A stretch of DNA of 64,000 nucleotides from an uncultured Actinomycetes bacterium. GTDB lineage: Bacteria > Actinomycetota > UBA4738 > JACQTL01. Numbering within the stretch: the stretch's first letter is position 1; the number at the start of each line of letters is the position of its first letter. Positions 29,091 through 38,280 of the stretch are shown here, piece after piece. The translations under genes were made by a program, and so were the position numbers. Under the pieces are notes generated by a model. It did no database searches. It was not told where the DNA came from and saw nothing but the letters and a program-made list of their open reading frames with translations. Where the stretch lies: assembly GCA_963772375.1 (NCBI GenBank), contig CAVYXG010000001.1, positions 856,086 through 920,085 of the forward strand, given 5' to 3'.

Positions 29091-32000
29091 ATGCGCTTCC
29101 TGGTCCTCGGGCCCCTCGAGGTCACGAACGCCGTCGGGCCGATCCCGCTCGGCGGTCCCAAGCAGCGCCTCGTCCTCGCGAATCTCGCCGTGCGAGCGAA
29201 CGCGGTCGTCTTGGCAGAGACCCTGATCGATCAACTCTGGGGGGACGAACCCCCCGACTCGGCAAAGAACACCCTCCAGACGTACATCTCGCACCTGCGC
29301 AAGGCCCTCGGCCCCGATCGGATCGAGGGGCGTTCTTCCGGGTACGTGCTCCACCTCGACCCTCACGAGCTCGACGCCACGCGGTTCGAGCAGCTTCTCG
29401 GGGAGGCCCGGGCCGCTGACGGACAGCCCGATCGCGTCGGCGGGATTCTGCGAGAGGCACTCGCGATGTGGCGAGGATCGGCGTTCGCCGACCTCGCCGT
29501 CGAGGGATCCCTGGCCGGCGAGATCGCCCGGCTCGAGGAGCTCCGCCTCGGGGCGATCGAAGACCGGATCGCCGCGGATCTTGCATCGGGCCGCCATACC
29601 GGCTTGATCGGCGAGCTCGAGGGCCTCACGCGAGAGCATCCGCTGCGCGAACGCCTCTGGGCCCACCTGATGGTGGCGCTCTACCGGTCCGGCCGGCAGG
29701 CGGACGCCCTCGCGGCGTTCCGGCGGGCCCGCAAGCTCCTCGCGGAGGAGCTCGGCGTCGACCCGTCGCCCGAGCTCCAACGCCTGCAGGATCGAATCCT
29801 CAAGCAGGATCCCGATCTGGAGGTCACGGGGGAGCCCCTCCGCGGCTACCGGCTGCTCGACAAGATCGGGGAGGGCGCGTTCGGACTCGTCTACCGGGCG
29901 GTGCAACCGCAGGTCGGCCGCGAGGTCGCGATCAAGTCGATCCACCCCGAGCTCGCCAACCAACCCGACTTTGTCCGCCGCTTCGAGCACGAGGCGCAGG
30001 TCGTGGCACGCCTGGAGCATCCGCACGTCGTGCCGCTGTACGACTACTGGCGCGACCCCGACGGGGCGTACCTCGTCATGCGGTTGCTGCGCGGCGGGAG
30101 CCTCGAGGATCTGCTCGAACAGGGACCACTGGACTCCACTCGCGCCGCTACCTTCCTGGACCAGGTCGCCGGCGCGCTCGCCGCCGCACACCGCCAGGGC
30201 GTCGTGCACCGGGACGTCAAGCCGGGCAACGTGCTGCTCGACGAGGAAGGCAACGCCTACCTCACGGACTTCGGCGTCGCCCTCGATGCGGGCGCGCCCG
30301 AGCAGACCGCGGGGCTCATGGTGCGCGGCACGCCTGCCTACCTCTCCCCCGAGCAGATCCGCCTCGAGCCCGCGACGGGCCAATCCGACATCTACGCGCT
30401 CGGCGTGGTGCTGTACGAGATGCTCACCGCCGAGCATCCGTTCCCCGAGTCCTCTCTCCGGGTGCTGCTCGACCGGCACATGCACGAACCGCTCCCCTCG
30501 GCTCGAAGGGTTCGACCCGAGATTCCGCCTGCGGTCGACTTGGTGATCGCCCGGGCGACCGCGAAGGACGCGGGAGGACGATTCGCCGACCCGCTCGAGT
30601 TCGCGGCCGCGTTCCGCGGGGCGATCCAGGGGACGGGCGCCCGCCTCGCCGCGACCGAAGAGCTCCGCAACCCCTACAAGGGGCTCCGCGCGTTCCTCGA
30701 GGCCGACGCGGGCGACTTCTTCGGCCGCGATGTCGTGACGAGGCGGCTGGTCGAACGTATGGCTGAGCCGGGTGCCAGTGCGAGGTTCCTGTGCATCGTG
30801 GGGCCCTCGGGCTCAGGCAAGTCCTCGGTGGTGAAAGCCGGCTTGGTCCCGGCCCTGCGCCGCGGCGTGATCGCCGGATCAGAGCTCTGGTACATCGTCG
30901 AGATGATGCCGGGCCCGCATCCGCTGCGTGAGCTCGACACCGCGCTGCTGTCGGTGGCGACCTCGCCGCAGCCCACGCTGGTGGAGGAGCTCGAGCGCGA
31001 CGACCTCGGACTGCTTCGGGCCGTGGACCGGGTCCTCCCCGACCCCTCGGCCGAGCTCGTGATCGTGGTGGATCAGCTCGAGGAGGTGTTCACGCTCGTC
31101 GACGACCAGGTCGAGCGGGCACGGTTCCTCGAGGCGATCGTCGCCGCGGCGACGCACCGAATGAGTCGGGTACGCATCGTGTCGACGCTCCGCGCAGACT
31201 TCTTCGATCAGCCCTTGTCGGTGCGCGGCTTCGGCGACCTGCTCGCCGCCCGGACCGAGGCGATCACGCCGATGTCACCCGAGGAACTGGAGCGCGCGAT
31301 CTCCGGTCCAGCCGAGTGCGTCGGGCTCGGTATCGAGCCCGGCCTGGTCGCGGCGATGGTCGCCGACGTCGTCGATCGTCCGGGCGCCTTGCCCTTGTTG
31401 CAATATGCGCTCACCGAGCTCGTCGAGCGGGACGAGGTCTCCTCGCTCTCCCTCGAGAGCTACCGGTCGATCGGCGGAGTCTCGGGCGCCCTCGCCCGGC
31501 GCGCCGAACGGCTCTACGGGGCGATGGACGAGCCCGGACGAGACGCGTGCCGCCAGCTGTTCCTGCGTCTCGTTACGCTCGGCGAGGGCACCGAGGACAC
31601 TCGCCGCCGCGTCCGTCGATCCGAGATCCCGGCCATGGACGGAGCGACGGACGGGGTGATCGAATCCTTCGGCCGCCACCGCCTGCTGTCCTTCGATCGC
31701 GACGCGCTGTCGCGAGAGCCAACCGTCGAGATCGCCCACGAGGCACTGCTTCGCCAATGGCCCCGTCTCGAGGACTGGTTGGGGGAGGACGCGGAAGCAC
31801 GGGCGCTCCGGGGCCACCTGATCGACGCGGCACGCCAGTGGGATGCGGGCGGCCGCGACGACTCAGAGCTCTATCGGGGCGCCAGGCTCGCGGGGGCGCT
31901 GGACTTCTCCTCCCGGGACGGCCGGCACTTGAACGAGCTCGAGCGGAGCTTTGTCGCGCTCAGTCGGGAGGCGAGCGAACGGGAGACGAGGCGGATCCGT

Positions 32001-34367
32001 AGGACGAACCGGCGTCTGCGCGGCCTGCTCGGTGCGGTCGCACTCTTTCTGGTGGTCGCGTTGATCGCCGCCGGCATCGCGCTCGTGCAGGGAGGCCATG
32101 CGCGGCGCTCGGCGACGGTCGCGCTTTCCCAGAGCCTCGGGGCCCAGGCGATCGCCGAGACACAGCTCGACACCGCACTGCTGCTCGCCGAGGAGGGCGT
32201 GAACCTGGACGACTCCCTACGAACGGAGAGCGACCTACTGGCTGTGCTGCTCCACAGCCCCTCAGCGATCCACGTCCTACATGTCGGCGGGATCGGCGCC
32301 CCTCCGGAGGACATCGTCGTGAGCCCCGACGGCGGGACGCTCGCCGTGCTGACCCGGGATCGCACCCTGCGGTTCTACGACACTTCGACGCTCCAGCCGA
32401 TTGGCAAGCCGGTGCACGACGTGCCCGCGTACAACTCCCGCAGGCCGGCGTTCACCCCCGACAGTTCCGGGCTCTGGGTCCTCCGCGGACCCGGGATCCA
32501 GATGATCAACGTTCGGACCGGCCGGGTCGAGAGCACGATCAGGCTCCACCAGGATGTGGAGAACGTCTACTCGCCCGTTCTTCTCTCTCGGGACGGCCGG
32601 GTCGTGTACCTCCAACTCGAGGGATGGGAGAGCGTCGCAGCGTGGAACACCTCGACGGGACGCCGCCTGGCCGAGGTCAACGTCCCCGGGCTGTCGCTCG
32701 GGATGCTCGCCCTCGCCCAGGAAGCGGGAGAGGTCGTGGCGCTCACGACCCAGGGCGGAGGGCGAATCCAGGTCCGGGACGGCAGGACGCTGGCCCTGGA
32801 GCGGTCGTTTCCCGTGCAGCTTCCTGCGGCGGACCAGTACCAGCTCGCCGTTTCACCGGACGGGCGCACGGCCGCTTGCACCCTGTTCCACCCCGGCGCC
32901 GACCAATCGATCCGATTCGTCGACCTTCGGACCGGCCAGGTCAGGAAGGGCGCCGGCGACCAGGCGGGCGAAGGCCAGGTCGCGTTCTCCCACGATGGCA
33001 GGACAGCCGTCAGCGTGACCGACGACGGCTTCAATATCTCTGTCTGGGATGTCCCTTCGGCCACGCAGGTTCGAACGCTGAGCGGCCACGCCGGAGAGAT
33101 CCTGCAGGCCGCCTTCGATCCCTCGGGGCGAACCCTTTACTCTGCAGCGGATGACGGGAACGTGTTCGCGTGGGATCTCTCGGGACATCGGAGCTTCGGT
33201 CGCTCGTTCACTGCCAGCCAAGGGTCATTCGGTGGGCCCAACGTCGGTCACCATTTCCCATACTTCTCCGCGTCCCCGGATGGGAAGAGCATCGCAGTCG
33301 CCCACGCGACGCAGTTCGATCCCGATGGGGGGGTCAGCACGGGCGGCGAGGTCAATATCGTCGACCTCGCTACCGGGCGGGTCACGACCCGGGTAAGGGT
33401 CGCGGGTCGAGTGCCCGGCATCGACTCGGTCATCTACGCGGAGTTCTCCCCGGACGGCACCGAACTCCTCGTCACCCCCGGCCCCTCGAGCAACGGAGAC
33501 ATCACCCTGTGGCGGTTGGATGGTCACACGGCCAGCCTCGTCCGCACGTTCACCGGACTCAGCGCGACCCCGGTTCGTGACGATAACGGGTTTTGGAACG
33601 CCCCCTGGGCGACGTTCAGCCCTAACGGCAAGTGGATCGCCGGGGTGGACCGACGCGAGAACGGCACCAGCCGAATGATGGAATGGGATGCCGCCACGGG
33701 ATCCGAGCGCGTGGCGCCCCTGGATCTCCATTGGACATCCACCGACGGCCTGCATTTCGATGGCCTCAACCAGAACGTGGTGTATAGCCCCGACGGGTCG
33801 TTGATTGCAACGTCCGTCTTGGGTGACCGTACTGTGATCGTGGACGCAAGGACGCTGAAGCCGGTCCGTACGCTGCCTGATCCAGAAGGGGTCGCGTTCG
33901 TCGCGTTCTCACCGACTAACGACAGGCTGCTCGCGGAGGGGTCGTCGAATGTGGGAATCGTTCGCCTGATTGACGTGACGACAGGCAAACAGGCGGCCGA
34001 AGTAACGGCCTCCAACCCGGGACTGTGGAGCGTCCAGTTCGACCACACCGGGAGCATGCTGCTGACAGATGCGCCGGATGGTGTGGCGCGGTTGTGGTCC
34101 GTCCCCGACCTCCAGCAGATCGGATCCGACCTTCCAGGCCTCTCTAGCGTGGTGGGGGCGGCCACTTTCGCGGGCCGGGGAAGGTCCACGATGGCCGTGC
34201 TCCTTTACGCGACCGGCACGGCGTTCGCATACACGGCGTCGCCCTCCGCGTGGGAGCGCCAGGCGTGCCTCGTGGCCGGTCGAAACTTCACGAAGGCGGA
34301 GTGGGCCCGATACGTCGGCGACCGTACGTACGAGGATGTCTGCCCTGAGTATCCGCCCGGATCCTGA
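29091..34367 (+). CDS. multidomain signal-transduction protein: SARP (OmpR-wHTH+BTAD) - Ser/Thr protein kinase - NB-ARC/STAND P-loop NTPase - TM helix - WD40 beta-propeller
   Basis: Starts MRFLVLGPLEV (SARP). Kinase motifs GEGAFGLVY, VAIK, HRDVKPGNVLL, DFG, APE. P-loop GPSGSGKSS. Single TM LLGAVALFLVVALIAAGIALV. Then many WD repeats (LSGHAGEILQAAFDPSGRTLYSAADDGNVFAWDL). 1758 aa. Confidence 0.85.
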   Translation: MRFLVLGPLEVTNAVGPIPLGGPKQRLVLANLAVRANAVVLAETLIDQLWGDEPPDSAKNTLQTYISHLRKALGPDRIEGRSSGYVLHLDPHELDATRFEQLLGEARAADGQPDRVGGILREALAMWRGSAFADLAVEGSLAGEIARLEELRLGAIEDRIAADLASGRHTGLIGELEGLTREHPLRERLWAHLMVALYRSGRQADALAAFRRARKLLAEELGVDPSPELQRLQDRILKQDPDLEVTGEPLRGYRLLDKIGEGAFGLVYRAVQPQVGREVAIKSIHPELANQPDFVRRFEHEAQVVARLEHPHVVPLYDYWRDPDGAYLVMRLLRGGSLEDLLEQGPLDSTRAATFLDQVAGALAAAHRQGVVHRDVKPGNVLLDEEGNAYLTDFGVALDAGAPEQTAGLMVRGTPAYLSPEQIRLEPATGQSDIYALGVVLYEMLTAEHPFPESSLRVLLDRHMHEPLPSARRVRPEIPPAVDLVIARATAKDAGGRFADPLEFAAAFRGAIQGTGARLAATEELRNPYKGLRAFLEADAGDFFGRDVVTRRLVERMAEPGASARFLCIVGPSGSGKSSVVKAGLVPALRRGVIAGSELWYIVEMMPGPHPLRELDTALLSVATSPQPTLVEELERDDLGLLRAVDRVLPDPSAELVIVVDQLEEVFTLVDDQVERARFLEAIVAAATHRMSRVRIVSTLRADFFDQPLSVRGFGDLLAARTEAITPMSPEELERAISGPAECVGLGIEPGLVAAMVADVVDRPGALPLLQYALTELVERDEVSSLSLESYRSIGGVSGALARRAERLYGAMDEPGRDACRQLFLRLVTLGEGTEDTRRRVRRSEIPAMDGATDGVIESFGRHRLLSFDRDALSREPTVEIAHEALLRQWPRLEDWLGEDAEARALRGHLIDAARQWDAGGRDDSELYRGARLAGALDFSSRDGRHLNELERSFVALSREASERETRRIRRTNRRLRGLLGAVALFLVVALIAAGIALVQGGHARRSATVALSQSLGAQAIAETQLDTALLLAEEGVNLDDSLRTESDLLAVLLHSPSAIHVLHVGGIGAPPEDIVVSPDGGTLAVLTRDRTLRFYDTSTLQPIGKPVHDVPAYNSRRPAFTPDSSGLWVLRGPGIQMINVRTGRVESTIRLHQDVENVYSPVLLSRDGRVVYLQLEGWESVAAWNTSTGRRLAEVNVPGLSLGMLALAQEAGEVVALTTQGGGRIQVRDGRTLALERSFPVQLPAADQYQLAVSPDGRTAACTLFHPGADQSIRFVDLRTGQVRKGAGDQAGEGQVAFSHDGRTAVSVTDDGFNISVWDVPSATQVRTLSGHAGEILQAAFDPSGRTLYSAADDGNVFAWDLSGHRSFGRSFTASQGSFGGPNVGHHFPYFSASPDGKSIAVAHATQFDPDGGVSTGGEVNIVDLATGRVTTRVRVAGRVPGIDSVIYAEFSPDGTELLVTPGPSSNGDITLWRLDGHTASLVRTFTGLSATPVRDDNGFWNAPWATFSPNGKWIAGVDRRENGTSRMMEWDAATGSERVAPLDLHWTSTDGLHFDGLNQNVVYSPDGSLIATSVLGDRTVIVDARTLKPVRTLPDPEGVAFVAFSPTNDRLLAEGSSNVGIVRLIDVTTGKQAAEVTASNPGLWSVQFDHTGSMLLTDAPDGVARLWSVPDLQQIGSDLPGLSSVVGAATFAGRGRSTMAVLLYATGTAFAYTASPSAWERQACLVAGRNFTKAEWARYVGDRTYEDVCPEYPPGS

Positions 34368-34372
34368 CTTAG

Positions 34373-34447
34373 CTTAGGATCCGGTGCCCGAAAGGGCGTG
34401 GGGGTTCGACTCCCCCCTCTCGCACCACGTCTGGCCTGCGGATCTTT
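34373..34447 (+). repeat. direct repeat of the tRNA-Leu(TAG) 3' half (att-like junction copy 2)
   Basis: 53 nt identical to tRNA positions 33-76 (TTAGGATCCGGTGCCCGAAAGGGCGTGGGGGTTCGACTCCCCCCTCTCGCACC) plus a conserved CTGnCCTGCGGAT flank. Starts 6 bp after the stop of the giant gene. Confidence 0.85.
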
Positions 34448-34722
34448 GCACAGACCGACCCGCCCTCGGCTCGACCGAGAAGGCCCGAATGGCCTTCTTG
34501 CTCACGCTTGCTCACAGAACTCCAATCGACGTTGGACCTGGGCGGTGGCTTCCGTGTCAGGGCCACCATCCCCACTGGACCCATGACTGAACCGCCCCGT
34601 GCTTGCCTGAGGCTAGACCCGCGAGATGCCATGCTGACCCGATCGTCCCACCCCGATGCTGGAGCCGGTTCAGAGGGGTGTGGGCTACTGGTGTCCGAAG
34701 CGCGCGTTAGGCAGCCACTACC

Positions 34723-35940
34723 ATGCGGGTCGTGGGCGGACTCACGCGCGATGCATTGGCCGAGCGAGCGGGGGTCCCAACGGGCTACGTTAGCCGCCTG
34801 GTCGACCTCGACATCCTCAGCCCGAGCGACTCGGGCCAGCCCTTCTCCTCCAGTGACGTACGGAGAGTCCGCCTGGTGCACGGCCTCGAGGAAGGCGGGC
34901 TGCCGCTTGATGGAATCAGCAGTGCCGTCCGAAACGGAGATCTCTCATTCGAGTTCCTCGACCTCCCCAGCTGGGACTGGTACGGCGGGTTCGGGGGGAA
35001 GACCTACCGAGAGCTCAGCGCAGAGGCTGGTCTGAGCCTGGATCTGATGAAAGTCATTCGAGAGTCGATGGGATTTGCCCGTCCAGAGCCGCAGGATCCC
35101 GTCCACGAGGAAGACCTCGATCTGATCCCAATGGTGAAGATTGCCCTCGACGCCGGGGCGGACCCAGGGGCGATCCAGCGTCTGGTTCGAGTGTGGGGCG
35201 AGAGCATGCGCCGCATTGCCGAAGCAGCGGCGACCTTCTACCACGCCCAGATCGAGGTCCCGCTCCTTCGGTCGGGAATGAGCGAGGCCCAGGTGCTACA
35301 GGTTGCGAACGAAGCCGTCGCCGCGGGGATCCCCTACGTCGACCGTGCGCTCGCCTCCATGTACCACGGCCACTCGGAGCACACCTGGATGGCAGACGTG
35401 GTCGAGGCAGTGGAGGCCACCCTGGAGAAAGCGGGCCTTCATCACGCGGTGGTTGAACCACCGGCCATCTGCTTCCTCGATCTCTCCGGCTACACGCGGC
35501 TGACCGACGAGAAGGGGGACGAGGCCGCCGCCGAGATCGCGGCGACCCTCGGCGGATTGGTCCAGCGGAGCGCGAACGAGCATGGAGGCCGCCCGGTCAA
35601 GTGGTTGGGCGACGGCGTGATGGTCTACTTCACCGACTCCGACGGAGCCGTGATCTCCGCGCTGGAACTGGCCGATCTCGTGCCGAAGGCTGGCCTTCCG
35701 CCTGCCCACACGGGCATCGATACCGGCCCGGTGATCTTCCAAGACGGGGACTATTTCGGCCGGACCGTCAACACGGCCGCGAGAATCGCCTCTCACGCTG
35801 GATCTGGGGAGGTCTTGGTCAGTGACGACGTCGCGCACTCCGCGCAGAACCCCACCATAAGGTTCGTTGACGTCGGACTCGTCGAGTTGAAGGGCCTGCC
35901 GCGACCCATCCCACTGCACAGGGCCAGCCGCGTTTCGTAG
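34723..35940 (+). CDS. HTH-domain-containing class III adenylate/guanylate cyclase
   Basis: N-terminal HTH (LTRDALAERAGVPTGYVSRLVDL). C-terminal CHD (FLDLSGYTRLT...KWLGDGVMVYF...GRTVNTAARI). Confidence 0.8.
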   Translation: MRVVGGLTRDALAERAGVPTGYVSRLVDLDILSPSDSGQPFSSSDVRRVRLVHGLEEGGLPLDGISSAVRNGDLSFEFLDLPSWDWYGGFGGKTYRELSAEAGLSLDLMKVIRESMGFARPEPQDPVHEEDLDLIPMVKIALDAGADPGAIQRLVRVWGESMRRIAEAAATFYHAQIEVPLLRSGMSEAQVLQVANEAVAAGIPYVDRALASMYHGHSEHTWMADVVEAVEATLEKAGLHHAVVEPPAICFLDLSGYTRLTDEKGDEAAAEIAATLGGLVQRSANEHGGRPVKWLGDGVMVYFTDSDGAVISALELADLVPKAGLPPAHTGIDTGPVIFQDGDYFGRTVNTAARIASHAGSGEVLVSDDVAHSAQNPTIRFVDVGLVELKGLPRPIPLHRASRVS

Positions 35941-36306
35941 CCGGAGTTGGCATCGACGTGTTCGTGGTTGACGCTGTCGCGGCTGTCGACCCAGGTCCGC
36001 AGGATCTCGTACGTGGCTCCTGCTCCCGTCGGGGCGCCGTTCGCGATGTCGATGATCGGCGCGGGGGACATCCATTCCTCCGAGCGCGACCCGTTGAGCC
36101 GCATGTCCCTGAAGCTCCGAGATCGCGTGCGAGTAGGTGTCGAGTGTGATCGTCACCGACAAGTGCCCGAACCGTTCGGACACCACCTTGACGTGCACGC
36201 CGGCCTGCAGCGACAGCGTCGCGTGGCACAGCGCAGTTCATCGGTCAGCGTCTGTTCGCGGCGATATGGAGCCGCATGCCCCATGTGAGCATGTCAGGCT
36301 CGGGAC

Positions 36307-37842
36307 GTGAACGTGTTGCTGTGGCACGGCTGGGTCCTCGAGGGGGCCGGGTCGAACGTCTACACGGCCCGCATCGCGGAGGTGTACCGCCGGATGGGCC
36401 ACGACGTGACGCTCGTCTGCCAGGAGCCGCATCCGGAGCGATTTCCATGGATCGACGCATGGGGCCACGTCGCCCGTGAGGAGGTGAGGCTCGAGGGACG
36501 ACGTCCGAGCACGGGTTCTGCCGGACGATGCACGGCGCTGGCACCGCGGATCGGTTCACTGCTGCCGGTGTTCGTGATCGACGATTACGAGGGCTTCCCC
36601 CACGTGAAGCGCTTCGTCGACTGCACGGACGACGAACTGGACGCGTACCTCCGCGCGAACGTCGACGCCCTGCGCGCGGTGGCAGCGGGGTGCCGTCCGG
36701 ACGTCGTCATCGCCGGGCACGCGCTGCCAGGCCCGGTCGTGACTCGGCGTGCGTTGGGGGATGGGTTCGTGGCCAGGATCCACGGCAGCGACCTGGAGTA
36801 CGCGGTACGCGAACAGCCTCGGTGCCGCGACCTGGCCGCCGAGGGGCTCGGCGGCGCGTGCGCCGTGATCGGCGCCAGCAAGGACGTGCTGCGGCGGTGC
36901 GAGGAACTCGTGCCGGAGTCGGCCGGCCGAACGCTGGTCGTCCCGCCGGGTGTCGACGTGTCGAGGTTCCGGCCGCGCCAACGGAACGAAGCGCTCAAGG
37001 AGACGACCGCGGTACTGGAAAGTGACCTCGCACGCCGGGCCGGCCGTCCCGCCACTGTGGACGAGGCGACCCGCGAGGCGCTCGCGGCACGTGATGCCCC
37101 CATGCTGGACCACCTTGCCAGGACCTACGATCAGACCGTTCCCGACCCCGACGCTCCCGTCCGCCTTCGCGAGCTCGCCGCGTTCGATGGCCCGGTGGTC
37201 GGGTATCTGGGGAAGTTCATCCTTCAGAAGGGCCTGCACCATCTCCTGGCGGCGCTGGCCCTCCTGGGCGAGCGCGCACCTCGAGCGCTGCTGATCGGAT
37301 TCGGTCTCGGGCGGGAATGGCTCGTCGCCCTGACCGGCGCGCTCGATCGTGGCGACGTCGGTGCGGTGCGATGGTGGGAGGGAACGACCGGCGAGCGCCT
37401 CGGCCTCGATGACGCGGCCATCGACGGCGCGAGAGGGCTGGCGAACCGCGTGACGTTCACCGGGCTGCTCGACCATCGCTTCGCCCCCGCCGCGGTGGCC
37501 TCGCTCGACGTGCTGGTGGTGCCGTCGATCCTGGCGGAGGCGTTCGGGATGGTGACGGTGGAGGGCGCTGCCGCGGGGGCACTGCCACTGGTGGCCCGAC
37601 ACTCGGGCCTGGCCGAGATCGCCTCCGCCCTGGAGGCAGAGGTCGGACGCCCGGGGATGTTCTCGTACGAGCCGGGCGCCGGCGGGCCCGGCCGGATCGC
37701 CGATGGCATGGACCGGCTGATCGCCCAGCCATTCGAGGAACAGAGTTACTTGCGCGAGACCGTCGTCGCGTTCTGCCGCCGGGAATGGACCTGGGACCGT
37801 ACCGCCGAGCGTCTGCTCGAGGCAGCACGCGCGGCCGGATGA
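36307..37842 (+). CDS. GT4-family glycosyltransferase
   Basis: 511 aa. GT-B fold with the C-terminal E-x7-E region (VVPSILAEAFGMVTVEGAAAGALPLVARHSGLAEI). Confidence 0.8.
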   Translation: MNVLLWHGWVLEGAGSNVYTARIAEVYRRMGHDVTLVCQEPHPERFPWIDAWGHVAREEVRLEGRRPSTGSAGRCTALAPRIGSLLPVFVIDDYEGFPHVKRFVDCTDDELDAYLRANVDALRAVAAGCRPDVVIAGHALPGPVVTRRALGDGFVARIHGSDLEYAVREQPRCRDLAAEGLGGACAVIGASKDVLRRCEELVPESAGRTLVVPPGVDVSRFRPRQRNEALKETTAVLESDLARRAGRPATVDEATREALAARDAPMLDHLARTYDQTVPDPDAPVRLRELAAFDGPVVGYLGKFILQKGLHHLLAALALLGERAPRALLIGFGLGREWLVALTGALDRGDVGAVRWWEGTTGERLGLDDAAIDGARGLANRVTFTGLLDHRFAPAAVASLDVLVVPSILAEAFGMVTVEGAAAGALPLVARHSGLAEIASALEAEVGRPGMFSYEPGAGGPGRIADGMDRLIAQPFEEQSYLRETVVAFCRREWTWDRTAERLLEAARAAG

Positions 37843-37957
37843 CCGGTCCACTTGCTCACACCCTGCTCACGACAGATCGGGACCGGGTGCCATGGAACGA
37901 CACCAGACGACACGAATCGACGCGTCCACGCCCGGTTCGTGCGTGGCCGTACCCGCT

Positions 37958-38027
37958 TTAGGATCCGGTGCCCGAAAGGGCGTGGGGGTTCGACTCCCCC
38001 CTCTCGCACCACCTCTGACCTGCGAAT
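37958..38027 (+). repeat. direct repeat of the tRNA-Leu(TAG) 3' half (copy 3)
   Basis: Same perfect 53-nt core plus CTCTGACCTGCGAAT flank. The CTTGCTCAC-like motif lies about 90 nt upstream (37845-37870). Confidence 0.85.
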
Positions 38028-38280
38028 TGTCGGTCCGAGAGCGCGACCGGGACCCGGCACCCCTCGACCCGAGCCTTCCTGAGCACCTTCCTCACAGGGC
38101 AGCCTCCGATAGGGGCTGGCGGGATGGGAGCAAGAACCCGTCAGCAACCCCAATGCTCATCAGGTCCTAGAAGGCCTTCCAGCTGATGGAAAGCGTGCGA
38201 CCTCCGCGCCGTCAGGGCATCATACGGTCTGTGGGCATTGCAATCGATGACGCGAGCGGCACAATCTTGCGCGCTCGCCG

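Noticed and set aside
35296-36198. 300-aa minus-strand ORF overlapping the HTH-cyclase gene, and short ORFs 35958-36288
   Set aside because: These are antisense to, or downstream of, a strongly supported cyclase gene, and the translations are low complexity. They are likely non-coding.
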